NCBI GenBank assembly: GCA_014584295.1
Contig: JACTNC010000058.1
Coordinates: 148,669-212,668, forward strand
DNA: 64,000 bases
Reading direction: 5' to 3'
Origin: Verrucomicrobiota bacterium
Lineage (GTDB): Bacteria > Verrucomicrobiota > Verrucomicrobiia > Opitutales > Opitutaceae
The notes beneath the pieces were generated by a model. That model was not told the origin of the DNA and did no database searches. It worked only from the letters and a program-made list of their open reading frames with translations. The position numbers and the translations under genes were made by a program. Of the stretch, positions 1-10,639 are shown in pieces (within the stretch, counting starts at the first letter, position 1; each line of letters opens with the position of its first letter).

Positions 1-32
1 TGCGGAATTCGGAGAAATGCACTTCTCTGCTG

Positions 33-2831
33 TCAGAGAGCAGCGAGCAGGCGTTCGATCTCTGCATATTTTGCCTTTTGATCGGCGAGCTGCTTGCGTG
101 CCCCTTCCAGGACTGCGGGCGGTGCCTTGCTCACGAATGCCTGGTTGGCGAGACGCGCCTCTGTGCCTGCGACATGTTTGCGAAGCTGATCGAGCTCCTT
201 GCCGAGACGGATCTTTTCAGCCGCGGCGTCGACTTTGATGCCGGTATCGAGGAAAAGCGTGCCAAGCGGTGTCACGATTGCCGGCAATGCCGGCTTGTCC
301 GTAGTCCGCGTTATCGCGACGGCACCCAGCAGGCGAATGAGCTTGCCCGAGGCTGCGGCTAGGTCCGCCCAATCTGCATCGCTCGCAAGCGCATGGAATG
401 TGACATCCCGCTTCTGCGCCACGGCCTGGTCCGCCTTCAACTGGCGCGCCAGCGTCGTAAGCTGTTTCAACTTCTCCACCCGGCCGCTCGCCGCTGCGTC
501 AACCACCAGCCCGTGCGCGGAAAGCGCAGCAGTCAACTGTCCCGCGGTCTGGATACGCGCGTCCTGAAGGAAACCGCCCTCGGCCCCGTAGCCGAGCAGG
601 TGCCAGAGTTCCTCGGTGATGAACGGTGCAAATGGCGCGAACATCAGGAGGAATTCGCGTATCACCAGATCCTGAATCGCGAGCACATGCGGCTGGGCCA
701 CCGGATCCTGGATCCGCGACTTCGCCACCTCCACGTACCAGTCACAAAAGTCGTTCCAGAAAAAGCCGTACAAACGCTGCGTTGCCCCGGCGAATTCGAA
801 GTCGGCAAAACCGCGCCCGACCGTGCTCATGGTCTCGAGCAGCGCCGACAGCAATGCATGGTCGTCATCGTCGAACTGCGCTGATTTCAGGCGCGACAGG
901 ATCGCCTCGAGCGAGCGGTTGTCTGCCATGGGGCCGCTCATCTGGCGAAAGCGACACGCATTCCAGAGCTTGTTGGCAAAATTCTTTCCGCCCTCGATGC
1001 GATCCTCGTCGAACTTCACATCCTGCCCCAATGGGGCGATCTGCAGGAGTCCGAAGCGCAGCCCATCCGCGCCGTACTTCGCAATCAGATCCAGCGGATC
1101 AGGCGAATTTCCAAGCGTCTTCGACATCTTCCGCCCCTGCTTGTCGCGAACGATACCGTTGAAATACACATGCCGAAACGGCACACGGCGCCGCAGTTCC
1201 TCGGGTGAAAGCGGTTCATCCTTCGCGCGCCCGCGACGTGATGCCTCCAGGGGCTTGTTCAGGTCCGACCCCGTAAACTCCAATCCGGCCATGATCATGC
1301 GGGCGACCCAGAAAAAGATGATGTCCGCGCCCGTTGCCAGCGTGGTCGTCGGATAGAATGCGGCGTAGTCTGCCGCCTTCATTTCCCGCTCATTCGGCCA
1401 TCCCAGCGTCGCAAACGGCCACAGCCACGAGGACGCCCAGGTATCAAGCACGTCCTCTTCCTGATCCCAGTTTGCCGGATCGGCAGGTCCTTCCAGCGAC
1501 ACATGCACCTTCGTCGGATCCGCGAGGTCCGCCTCTGAAAGCCTCTCGCGGTCGATTCCCTTCCGGTACCAGACCGGAATGCGATGTCCCCACCACAGTT
1601 GGCGGCTGATGCACCAATCCTGAATGTTGTCGAGCCAGTTGAGGTAGACCTTGCTCCAGCGCTCCGGATGAAACTGTATCAGGCCGTCCCTTACAACCTG
1701 CTTCGCCTCCTCGACGCGGGGATAGCGCAGCCACCATTGCTGGGTGAGACGGGGCTCGATCGGAACTCCGGCGCGCTGCGAGTAGCCGACATTGTTCTCG
1801 TAAGGTTTCTCCTCAAGCAGCGAACCCCGCTCGCGAAGGAGCTCCGTGGCCTTCTTGCGGGCCGCGAATCGATCCAAACCCGCCAGCTCCGGCCCTGCCT
1901 CGGCGTTCATTGAGCCATCGGGATTGAGGGCGTCGATCACCGGCAGGCGGTGACGCTGCCCGATTTCAAAGTCCACCTTGTCATGCGCAGGGGTCACCTT
2001 CAGCACGCCCGCCGCGAATGCGGGATCAACCGCGGCGTCCGCCACGATCGGGAGCGCCACCCGCTCGCCGAGGGGACGCCAGACCTTCTTTCCAACAAGT
2101 GCCTTGTACCTCTCGTCGTCAGGATGAACCGCCAGCGCAACATCCGCCGGGATCGTCTCGGGTCGGGTCGTCTCAACGACGAGATGCGTGATCTCGCCCT
2201 CCGGCTCGACCAGATCGTATTTGAGCTTGGTGATGAAACCCTTCGTCGGACGCATCTCCACTTCCTCGTCCGAGAGCGCCGTGAGCGACACCGGGCACCA
2301 GTTGACCATGCGTTTGCCGCGATAAATGTTGCCCTTGTTGAAGAGGTGCACGAACGCTGTCAGCACCGCGCGGCTGTAGCCGGGGTCCATCGTGAAATGC
2401 GTGCGATCCCAATCGCAGGAGCAACCAAGCTGCCGCAACTGCTTGAGGATCATGTCGCCCTTTTCCTCCCGCCACGACCATACCCGTTCAAGAAACGCCT
2501 CGCGGCCAAGATCCCGCCGCCCCTTGCCCTCGCTCTTCTTCAGGTGCTTTTCAACCATCGTCTGCGTGGCGATGCCCGCATGGTCCGTCCCCGGAATCCA
2601 GCAGGCGGCCTTCCCCTCAAGCCGGGCACGCCGGATCAGCGCGTCCTGAAGCGTATTGTTGAGCACATGCCCCATGTGCAGGATGCCTGTGACATTCGGC
2701 GGCGGAATGACGATCGTGTAGGTCTCCTGCCCGGGTTCCGCCTTGCCCGCAAAGCACCGGGCGGCCTGCCAGGCGGCGTACCACTTCTTTTCAACCTCAT
2801 GCGGTTCGTAGCTCTTGGTGATCTCGGGCAT
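33..2831 (-). CDS. valS: valine--tRNA ligase (class I aminoacyl-tRNA synthetase)
   Basis: Long ORF 33..2978. HIGH-type motif PPPNVTGILHMGH and KMSKS motif KMSKTLGN. The conserved N-terminus MPEITKSYEPHEVEKKWY begins at an internal ATG (cat at 2829-2831); the 49 upstream codons look like read-through. Confidence 0.95.
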   Translation of the reverse strand: MPEITKSYEPHEVEKKWYAAWQAARCFAGKAEPGQETYTIVIPPPNVTGILHMGHVLNNTLQDALIRRARLEGKAACWIPGTDHAGIATQTMVEKHLKKSEGKGRRDLGREAFLERVWSWREEKGDMILKQLRQLGCSCDWDRTHFTMDPGYSRAVLTAFVHLFNKGNIYRGKRMVNWCPVSLTALSDEEVEMRPTKGFITKLKYDLVEPEGEITHLVVETTRPETIPADVALAVHPDDERYKALVGKKVWRPLGERVALPIVADAAVDPAFAAGVLKVTPAHDKVDFEIGQRHRLPVIDALNPDGSMNAEAGPELAGLDRFAARKKATELLRERGSLLEEKPYENNVGYSQRAGVPIEPRLTQQWWLRYPRVEEAKQVVRDGLIQFHPERWSKVYLNWLDNIQDWCISRQLWWGHRIPVWYRKGIDRERLSEADLADPTKVHVSLEGPADPANWDQEEDVLDTWASSWLWPFATLGWPNEREMKAADYAAFYPTTTLATGADIIFFWVARMIMAGLEFTGSDLNKPLEASRRGRAKDEPLSPEELRRRVPFRHVYFNGIVRDKQGRKMSKTLGNSPDPLDLIAKYGADGLRFGLLQIAPLGQDVKFDEDRIEGGKNFANKLWNACRFRQMSGPMADNRSLEAILSRLKSAQFDDDDHALLSALLETMSTVGRGFADFEFAGATQRLYGFFWNDFCDWYVEVAKSRIQDPVAQPHVLAIQDLVIREFLLMFAPFAPFITEELWHLLGYGAEGGFLQDARIQTAGQLTAALSAHGLVVDAAASGRVEKLKQLTTLARQLKADQAVAQKRDVTFHALASDADWADLAAASGKLIRLLGAVAITRTTDKPALPAIVTPLGTLFLDTGIKVDAAAEKIRLGKELDQLRKHVAGTEARLANQAFVSKAPPAVLEGARKQLADQKAKYAEIERLLAAL

Positions 2832-3143
2832 AGCTTTTAAGTTGAACCAAAAATCCAACCGCCGCCCGCAACCTGAGGCAAGCAGTCCTTCAAACGCCAA
2901 ATCCATCGAGGTCGTTCCCGGAAAACGCGCATCCGATGCCACAGCGGCTTTGCATTTGAATCGCGAATTCCAGTTCATCCCAGACTGAAAATGCGAATCG
3001 GGCCCCCTGGTTGGTCACTGATCATCAATTTTTTGCACTAGCCGGGTGCGCTCGAGCCTATCGATGCGCAACAAAGAATTCGCGCCTGACGGGCTTTGCT
3101 GCGTTGTTCTGAACTTCCTCTCTCCACTCCACGCCGCCACCCG

Positions 3144-5975
3144 ATGATCGGTCGCATCCAGAAGCACGCACGCGAACGCCTCAATTTCACAGGCGAGGTC
3201 CCTGCCGCCCAGCGGCTCGCCGCCTGCAAGACCTTCCTGCGTCTCGAAAGCGCGATGATCCGCATGCATCACGACGCCGGTGCCAACGGACTCGAAACCG
3301 CGCACGCGCGGGCCGCCATGGTCGACATCCTGCTCGGGCACCTGTTCGACTACGCGATGGGCACCTACGTGATGAAGCACGGCGAGGCGCCCTCCCCTGT
3401 CGCCCTGATCGCCCTCGGCGGATACGGGCGGAATGAGCTCAGTCCGCTGAGCGACATCGATGTCCTGTTCCTGTTTCCCTCGAAGGTAAAGGCCGGCACA
3501 ATCAAGCCGCTCCAGGAACACCTCAGCAATGAGATCCTCTACATCCTGTGGGACTGCGGCTTGAAAGTCGGCCACGCCACACGAACCGTCGATGAGACTT
3601 TTGCCGAGGCCCGCGCTGACATTCAGACAAAGACGGCGCTACTGGAGGCGCGCCTGGTCGCCGGCTCAGCGGCGCTCTTCGAGTCTTTCTCTTCGGCCTA
3701 CCGCGCTTTTTACACGGAGGAAAACCCACGTGGCTACATCGCCGCACGCCTCGCCGACCAAGTGGCGCGTCGGGCAAAATATGGTGACACCGTTTTCCTG
3801 CAGGAGCCCGATATCAAGAACGGTGTGGGCGGGCTGCGCGACTACCAAAACACGCTCTGGATGGCGCGGGTGAAGCTCGGCATCACGTCGCTCGACGAAC
3901 TCGCCACGCAAGCCTACCTGCGACCGAATGATGTCCGCGATTTTCAACGCGCGTACACGTTCCTGCATCGCGTCCGCAATGAACTGCATTTCCAGAGCAA
4001 GCGACCGACTGACGTACTGGCACTTGATGTCCAGCCGAAGATCGCACTCGGCCTCGGCTACACGAACCGCGACCTGCTTGGGCGGGTTGAACAGTTCATG
4101 CGCGACTACTACCGGTCAGCGCAGACGATCTATCGCATCTCCCGCCTGATCGAAAGCAGGCTCGCACTGACCCTGGAAACTCCGAACGGCGCTCTCATGT
4201 CCTTTCGCGAGGCGATCCGCGCCAAGCGATTCGAGAAAACCAAGCGCATCGACGGCTTCATTCTTCGCGGTGGCGAACTCGCGGCGGAATCCCCCGAGGT
4301 CTTCAAGGCCGATCCGGCACGCATCATCCGCGTGTTCCGCCACTGCCAGCAACTGAATGCCAAGCCCGATTTCGCGCTGCAGGGATTGATTCGCGACGCA
4401 CTTCCGCTGTTGACGCGCCATGTCCAGCAGTCACGCGACGCAAACATCTCGTTCCGCTCGATTCTCCAACAGTCCGGGGCCGTGTATCCCACCCTCTCGC
4501 TGATGCATGAGCTGGGTGTGCTCGGGCGCTTCATTCCCGAATTCGATGCGCTGACGTGTCTCGTCCAGCACGAGTTCTATCACCGCTACACCGCGGACAT
4601 CCACACGCTGCACGCGATCCGCGAACTCGATTTCATTTTTACGGATGCGGAGCCCGTAAGCCTCAAGTACCGGACCACCCTCCACGAAACTCCGGAGCCC
4701 ACGCTGCTTTATCTCATCCTGTTGCTTCACGACATCGGCAAGGCCCGAGGCATAAAGGGACACGCCGAAAGCGGTGTGGCCATCGCCGCGCCGCTGCTTG
4801 ATCGCATGGAAATCGACGCGACAAGCCGCGAGTTTGTGGTCTTCGTGATCAAGAATCACCTCGTGATGACGCGCTTCTGGCAAAAACGCGACGTCGATGA
4901 TCCGAGCACTGCAGCCGCGTTTGCGGAGGTCGTGGGCGACGCCGACCGGCTCCGTTACCTCTACGTCCACACGTTCTGCGATGCGCGCGGGACAGCGGCA
5001 GGACTCTGGAACGGCTACAAGGACACACTCCACACGGCGCTCTACCGCGCCACGCTTGAGCGACTGCTCCACGGCGAGGAGCTTGCCACGCGCAACTCGC
5101 AGCGACTCGAGGCCACCTTTCAGGAACTCGTCAAAAGAAACATCCCAGGGATCAGCCAAGACGAGATCTCCGCGCATTTTCACCTGCTGCCCGAGCGGTA
5201 TTTCATGCACACGGAGACAAGCAAGGTCGCGCTTCACATCCAGATGGTGAACCGCCTGCTTCATTCCATCGCCGACGTCGAATCCACCGGCACCCTCCGA
5301 CCGGTGATCGACTGGAAGGACGATCTCAATCGATCCTTCACGGTCGTCAATGTGGTGACCTGGGACCGTGCCGGGCTCTTCTACAAACTCGCGGGCGCAT
5401 TCAGTGTCGCCGGCCTTTCGATTCTTGGCGCGAAGGTCATTTCACGAAGCGACAACATTGCAATCGATACATTCTTCGTAGTGGAGCCCGGGCGCGGCGT
5501 TGTGCAGAACGCCGGCGCCCAGGAGATATTTGCCCAGACGGTCGAAGCGGCTCTTGTGAGGGACAAGGATCTCCTGCCCGACATCGAGGCGCAGGCGCGG
5601 AAGCTGGCGGCGACCACGCGTTATCTCTCCAGCGCCAAGAAGGGAAATGATGCAATGCAGAACTCGTTTCCCCCCATTGCTGAGGTGTACCACGAGGCAT
5701 CCATGCAGCGCACCATCGTGGAAATCCAGGCACGCGACGAGATCGGCCTCCTCTTCCGCCTCGGGAAAGCCATCAGCGACCACGGATTTGACATCACGTT
5801 TGCGCGCGTCGGCACGGAGCAGGGCGTGGCCATCGATACGTTCTACATCGAAAACGCCGATCACAGTCCGGCCACCGATCCCGTGCGGCTTGCTTCCCTG
5901 CAGGAAGCGCTTGCCCTGGTCATCGCGCCCCGCGTGGTGGAGACGAGCGCAACGCCCGCGCTTCAATCCCGGTAA
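3144..5975 (+). CDS. glnD: [protein-PII] uridylyltransferase / uridylyl-removing enzyme
   Basis: ORF 3096..5975 opens with TTG; the ATG at 3144 gives MIGRIQKH. Nucleotidyltransferase motif GGYGRNELSPLSDIDVLFLF, HD motif LLLHDIGK, and two ACT-like C-terminal repeats. This is the GlnD architecture. Confidence 0.9.
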   Translation: MIGRIQKHARERLNFTGEVPAAQRLAACKTFLRLESAMIRMHHDAGANGLETAHARAAMVDILLGHLFDYAMGTYVMKHGEAPSPVALIALGGYGRNELSPLSDIDVLFLFPSKVKAGTIKPLQEHLSNEILYILWDCGLKVGHATRTVDETFAEARADIQTKTALLEARLVAGSAALFESFSSAYRAFYTEENPRGYIAARLADQVARRAKYGDTVFLQEPDIKNGVGGLRDYQNTLWMARVKLGITSLDELATQAYLRPNDVRDFQRAYTFLHRVRNELHFQSKRPTDVLALDVQPKIALGLGYTNRDLLGRVEQFMRDYYRSAQTIYRISRLIESRLALTLETPNGALMSFREAIRAKRFEKTKRIDGFILRGGELAAESPEVFKADPARIIRVFRHCQQLNAKPDFALQGLIRDALPLLTRHVQQSRDANISFRSILQQSGAVYPTLSLMHELGVLGRFIPEFDALTCLVQHEFYHRYTADIHTLHAIRELDFIFTDAEPVSLKYRTTLHETPEPTLLYLILLLHDIGKARGIKGHAESGVAIAAPLLDRMEIDATSREFVVFVIKNHLVMTRFWQKRDVDDPSTAAAFAEVVGDADRLRYLYVHTFCDARGTAAGLWNGYKDTLHTALYRATLERLLHGEELATRNSQRLEATFQELVKRNIPGISQDEISAHFHLLPERYFMHTETSKVALHIQMVNRLLHSIADVESTGTLRPVIDWKDDLNRSFTVVNVVTWDRAGLFYKLAGAFSVAGLSILGAKVISRSDNIAIDTFFVVEPGRGVVQNAGAQEIFAQTVEAALVRDKDLLPDIEAQARKLAATTRYLSSAKKGNDAMQNSFPPIAEVYHEASMQRTIVEIQARDEIGLLFRLGKAISDHGFDITFARVGTEQGVAIDTFYIENADHSPATDPVRLASLQEALALVIAPRVVETSATPALQSR

Positions 5976-7408
5976 TTCAGCGCGGGTGCGCGATCGCCAA
6001 GCAGCGGCTCGTACCTGAAATCCTCGCCGCGCCGACGGATCAGCTCCGCCTTTGCCTCGGCAACGATCCTCGGATCGGAAAACAGATCCAGCGCCGTCAA
6101 TGCCAGCGCCTTTGACGCCATGAGGCGCCCCTTGACGCAAATCGTGGTGGCACCGCAGGCGGCAGCCTGCCAGCTATGCGCGGGGGTGCCGGGGACCCAT
6201 GTGGCCGTGCGCACGCCAACCGTCGGCACGGCATAACTCACATCACCCACATCGGTCGACCCGCCCCCCATCCCGTTGGGATTTATCCTAAGGGGCTGCA
6301 CGGTCCGGGCCAGTTCGACTGCCGCCGCGCGGCCGCCGATGAAGGTCTTGCCCAGTTCGGCAGCGAAGCGCTTCTCCGATTCGTCGTAGCTGAAACCGCC
6401 TATCCGCTCGAGATTTGCCTGTGCCACCTTCGCGAGCGCCTCGTTTGGCAGCAGATCATGCACGCCACCGGTGATCTCCCACTCCACACTCGTCCCTGTT
6501 CCCATTGCCGCACCCTTGGCAGCCTGGGTGACACGTTCGAACACCTCCCTGACGATGCGCCGGTCCTGATGGCGGACGTAGTAGTAGGACTCCGCGAAAG
6601 CCGGAACCACATTCGGCGCCTCGCCGCCACGTGTAATGACATAGTGAATACGCACATCCTGGGGCACGTGCTCGCGCATCATGTTGACCATGTAGTCCAT
6701 TGATTCCACCCCATCGAGCGCGGATCTGCCACGATCGGGAGCGGAGGAGGCGTGGGCTGCGACGCCCGTGAAACGAAACTTTGCAGAGATGTTCGCCTTG
6801 CTCGGACCGGTGATGGCGCTGTTGCCATCGGAGGGATGCCAGTGAAGCACCGCATCGACATCGTTGAAGAGGCCCGCACGCACCAGGTAAACCTTGCCGG
6901 ACCCACCCTCTTCCGCGGGGCAGCCGTAAACGCGCAGCGTTCCCTTCCGGCCGGTGGCCTTCAGCCATGCCGCAGTCGCTGCCGCCGCCTCGATCGATCC
7001 GGCACCGAAGGCGTGGTGACCGCAGGCGTGGGCTGCGGTCGAGCCGGGACGAGCCTTCTTCTCCGGCACACCTTCCTGGGAGATTCCGGGAAGAGCGTCG
7101 TATTCGGCGAGAATGCCGATCACCGGTTTGCCGGATCCGAAGGACGCCACAAACGCCGTCGGCATGCCCGCCACCCCCGCCTCCACCTTGAACCCGTCGG
7201 CCCTGAGTCGCTCCTGCAGCAGAGCCGAACTCCGCGTCTCCTTGAAGCCAACCTCCGCGAGATCCCAGATCTTGTTCATGATCTCGGTATAGGGCGCCTG
7301 GTCCCGATCAATGCGGGCGATAACCGCATCCTTGGAGGTCTGCGCCGACACCAGCAGCGCGGAGGCCAGATAGAAACCGGACAAGAGCAATCGACTACCC
7401 GTTCTCAT
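5963..7408 (-). CDS. secreted M20-family amidohydrolase/peptidase (AbgB-like)
   Basis: 481-aa ORF with ATG at 7406-7408. Signal-like N-terminus MRTGSRLLLSGFYLASALLVSAQ and an M20D-type motif AHACGHHAFG. Its 3' end overlaps the glnD 3' end convergently by 13 nt. Confidence 0.75.
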   Translation of the reverse strand: MRTGSRLLLSGFYLASALLVSAQTSKDAVIARIDRDQAPYTEIMNKIWDLAEVGFKETRSSALLQERLRADGFKVEAGVAGMPTAFVASFGSGKPVIGILAEYDALPGISQEGVPEKKARPGSTAAHACGHHAFGAGSIEAAAATAAWLKATGRKGTLRVYGCPAEEGGSGKVYLVRAGLFNDVDAVLHWHPSDGNSAITGPSKANISAKFRFTGVAAHASSAPDRGRSALDGVESMDYMVNMMREHVPQDVRIHYVITRGGEAPNVVPAFAESYYYVRHQDRRIVREVFERVTQAAKGAAMGTGTSVEWEITGGVHDLLPNEALAKVAQANLERIGGFSYDESEKRFAAELGKTFIGGRAAAVELARTVQPLRINPNGMGGGSTDVGDVSYAVPTVGVRTATWVPGTPAHSWQAAACGATTICVKGRLMASKALALTALDLFSDPRIVAEAKAELIRRRGEDFRYEPLLGDRAPALNYRD

Positions 7409-7517
7409 GATCGCCTATCGCCACAGAAAGCTCCGAAAATCTCAAGCATGCGTTCCACTGAAAGCGACTGGCCATACAGCATGTCCCCCCGATGCGATTC
7501 CGGCGCGGCAGTCGCCT

Positions 7518-8417
7518 TCAAGCCGGGCGCACGCGCCTCGATCCGCGGAGGCGGGCGCGCAGCCGCGAGATCCGCTTCCAGGCACCAAAGGCTAGGCGGT
7601 ATTTCCACTCCACCCAGCGTGAACCTTTGGGATTAAAATGCTTCAGGTAGACGTCGCGATTGGCGTCAAAGATGGCCTCGGACATGCGGTCAAAGTCCTT
7701 TCCCACGCTGAGCCCCTTCAGGTGCACAATCGAGTGACGCCCATCATAAACGATCCGATAACCTGCCTTGCGAACGCGGATACAGAGATCCAGGTCGTCG
7801 CCATACATGAAAAACGACTCATCGAACCCGCCGATCTTTTCGAGCACCTCGCGACGCCCCATCATGAACGCGCCATTGATCGCCGCCACGTCGTACGTGC
7901 CCTCCTTCGGAAGATAGGTCAGGTTGTAGCCCGCGAATAGCTTCCTGTCCGGAAACGCCGCCGCCAGTCCGGTAGCCCTGCAAAATCCATCCCACATCGT
8001 GGGAATCGACCGGCGACAAGCGAGGTCCATCGACCCATCCGCCAGTTCAAGACGCGGGGAAATGAGCCCGATATCCCGTTCGAGCCGGATACGCTCCACG
8101 CAGTGTTCCAAGGCTTGAGCGTTACAAACCGTGTCCGGATTCAAATATAGCAGACATTCGCCACGAACCCTGGAGGCGCCGAGATTGTTTGCCCGGCCAA
8201 AACCCAGATTCTCACCCGGATTAATGTAGGTCATGCTGGGATGCTCGCTTCGCATCCAGGCACCCGTCCCATCGGCGTCGAGAGAATTGTCGACCACCAC
8301 CACCTCGATCGCGCGATCATGCAGTGTCGACGGAATGGAACCGAGGCAGCCAGGAAGCTCATTGCGCGATTTATAAGCGACAATGACGATGCCCAGAATG
8401 GAAGACGTTTCCGCCAT
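7518..8417 (-). CDS. family-2 glycosyltransferase
   Basis: GT-A N-terminus ILGIVIVAYKSRNEL..VVVVDNSLD and a YGDDLDLC motif typical of GT2. The ORF-track start is GTG at 8423; an ATG lies at 8415-8417. Confidence 0.75.
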   Translation of the reverse strand: MAETSSILGIVIVAYKSRNELPGCLGSIPSTLHDRAIEVVVVDNSLDADGTGAWMRSEHPSMTYINPGENLGFGRANNLGASRVRGECLLYLNPDTVCNAQALEHCVERIRLERDIGLISPRLELADGSMDLACRRSIPTMWDGFCRATGLAAAFPDRKLFAGYNLTYLPKEGTYDVAAINGAFMMGRREVLEKIGGFDESFFMYGDDLDLCIRVRKAGYRIVYDGRHSIVHLKGLSVGKDFDRMSEAIFDANRDVYLKHFNPKGSRWVEWKYRLAFGAWKRISRLRARLRGSRRVRPA

Positions 8418-8476
8418 GCACACTCAGTCTTGTGACGTTCCCCCGCTCGCGCAACCCTTGGTGCGGGCGACAGGCT

Positions 8477-9592
8477 TCAGTTTGAGTTCAACAACTCCAG
8501 TATCCTCTCATACCTCTGTTCCCATGTGTTTGCCCGAGCCAGAGCAATCCGGGCAGCGCGGGCACTTTCGTTGTCCAAGCGGACTTGATTCTCAATGGCG
8601 GGAACCCAGTCCTCGGTGGTGCCGGGGAAAGCAATTACATCCTGGAATTCTGAAATCAATTCCGGAAGCCGCGCCGCCACCACCGGCCGACCTGTGGCCA
8701 GGCATTCGTAGGTCTTTGCTGGCATCACGGCTTCCGTGTAGCGATTGATCGCGTACGGGAGCAAAATGACATCTGCCCGGCTGACTTCGTGCCGCAGGTT
8801 GGCGTGCGGCACTTGGCCGACAAGCGTCACATTCGCGGGAAACACATGCGGCGTCTTGACTGGACCTACCAGGCGCAGGCGCCATCCCGGGCGCAGCCGG
8901 GCTATGGTTTCAATCAATTCAAAATCGAGATGTTGCCGGTGCAGGTGCCCGTAGTAGAGCAAGACCAGGTCTTCCAAACCATGAAGCGGTCGCATCGGCA
9001 CCAGAAAACGCTCGACCAGTGCCCCATGCGGCAACCGCACACAACGTTTGGCTTGTGATTGCTTCCGCTCCAGGAGCGTTCGACTCGGCACAAGCGTGAG
9101 ATCCGCCCGAAGGAGAATCTGCTGTTCGTCTTTCGGCAGAAATTTGGGGATCCCGCTGACCGCCAGCCAATCGTCAGTGCAGTCGTAAATCAATTTCTTA
9201 TGAGGCACCCGATCAATCAACTGGAGAGCCGTGCGAGCCGCAGAATAGTTGACGATCAAATCGACGCCCTCGCGCAAGCGCGCTTCATGCTGAAGCCATC
9301 GTTCCAATCGCAAGGCGTTCAATCGGCATAGGGAGGTGTAGGCAGCCGGCAGCACGGGGGGACGCACCACGCGCATGCCGCTGGGAGCTGGATCACCTGG
9401 CACAGGCCCACTGCGGAAACGACGCAGCTTGTCCCATACGCACGCCAAGTCACGCAATCGGGGTCGGCGGGTACCGGGGATCTCGCAGAAAACGACATCG
9501 TAGTCCCGTGCAAACAGCGATGCCAGCGTCTGATGCCGTTGCCAGACAAAATCCCAGCGGATGTTGGATATGAAGAGTGCGGTGGGACGCAT
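8477..9592 (-). CDS. glycosyltransferase (GT-B/GT1-GT4-like)
   Basis: 371-aa ORF with ATG at 9590-9592. The C-terminal half resembles a GT-B nucleotide-sugar binding region (..ECLATGRPVVAARLPEL..). Family assigned by eye only. Confidence 0.5.
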   Translation of the reverse strand: MRPTALFISNIRWDFVWQRHQTLASLFARDYDVVFCEIPGTRRPRLRDLACVWDKLRRFRSGPVPGDPAPSGMRVVRPPVLPAAYTSLCRLNALRLERWLQHEARLREGVDLIVNYSAARTALQLIDRVPHKKLIYDCTDDWLAVSGIPKFLPKDEQQILLRADLTLVPSRTLLERKQSQAKRCVRLPHGALVERFLVPMRPLHGLEDLVLLYYGHLHRQHLDFELIETIARLRPGWRLRLVGPVKTPHVFPANVTLVGQVPHANLRHEVSRADVILLPYAINRYTEAVMPAKTYECLATGRPVVAARLPELISEFQDVIAFPGTTEDWVPAIENQVRLDNESARAARIALARANTWEQRYERILELLNSN

Positions 9593-9606
9593 GACTCGGG
9601 CAGCCT

Positions 9607-10392
9607 CTATCCCTGCCGATAGAGCCTGCGCATGGAAACGAATCCATGCCGACGAATCCTATCCAGATAAACCCCAATATTGTCGCGCCTGAATCGGAGC
9701 AATGCCCCTGCAGATCCGGTCGCGCCTACCCAGGGTCGAAGTGCCCGCGCCTTCTCCTCGCCGCCAATCGCTTCATCCTTTGAAAGCTGCCCCGAATGCA
9801 ACCGGAATCCAGCTACCACCTTGGGCACAAACTTGAACTTCGCCCCGATTGCCAGTGCCCGGCTGAAAAAATCCAAATCACCCGCCAACCGGAAACTCTC
9901 ATCCAATCCGCCAAGACGTTCGAACAAGCGCATGCGGAACCACGTACCGGGTTGCGCCAAAGGTACAATGCCACGGGCCAACAAAGCCCGAATATCCTGA
10001 CAGCACCGCGCAACCGGTATTTCGCCCAGTGGATCTCCCTTGGCGTCCATCATCCTCACACGACCATATACAACATCACAATCCGACATTCCCTCGAACT
10101 CCAACAATGCATCCAACGCTCCAGGCATCAGAAAGATATCATCATCATTTAGCCAAGTCACCACCTCGGCGTCACGAAACCGCCTAATAGCGGCGTTCAA
10201 TACCCCATACAAACCTCTACCCTCATCCGCAATCACACGTAGAGCCGGCCATGAAGACAGTAATGTTTCCCTGACCCTCACAGGGCAGGTCACAACAATT
10301 ACCACACGCCTATTGAGATTCTCAATCGAAGCGATTGTTTCATGCAACCACGCGCTCTCGCCCCTGGTCGGAATAATCACAATCCTATTCAA
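9607..10392 (-). CDS. family-2 glycosyltransferase
   Basis: N-terminus NRIVIIPTRGES and DxD-type LNDDDIF. The start codon in the track is TTG (caa at 10390-10392), so the exact start is uncertain. Confidence 0.65.
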   Translation of the reverse strand: MNRIVIIPTRGESAWLHETIASIENLNRRVVIVVTCPVRVRETLLSSWPALRVIADEGRGLYGVLNAAIRRFRDAEVVTWLNDDDIFLMPGALDALLEFEGMSDCDVVYGRVRMMDAKGDPLGEIPVARCCQDIRALLARGIVPLAQPGTWFRMRLFERLGGLDESFRLAGDLDFFSRALAIGAKFKFVPKVVAGFRLHSGQLSKDEAIGGEEKARALRPWVGATGSAGALLRFRRDNIGVYLDRIRRHGFVSMRRLYRQG

Positions 10393-10639
10393 GTCCTATT
10401 GCATCCTCCCGCACCGATACTGGATAAGTTCAGTGCCTTGCTATTCGCGGTTATTGACAGTTCAATCAAGCGTGATAAGAGTCCATATTGGAACGAACAT
10501 CTCGCACGCACACCATCGATTCCTTGATACTCAAGTTCATTAGAAAGCACATCCAATGCATTTAACATTACCTCACTCATTAGATACTAGAATCAAACAG
10601 CGCAAACCCTAAAACTTCCCCCATTTCTCAAAAACCCAA

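Noticed and set aside
10389-10580. 63-aa ORF overlapping the start of the GT2 gene by 4 nt.
   Set aside because: It has no motif, sits at the composition transition, and could be a remnant. The support is insufficient to call it a gene.
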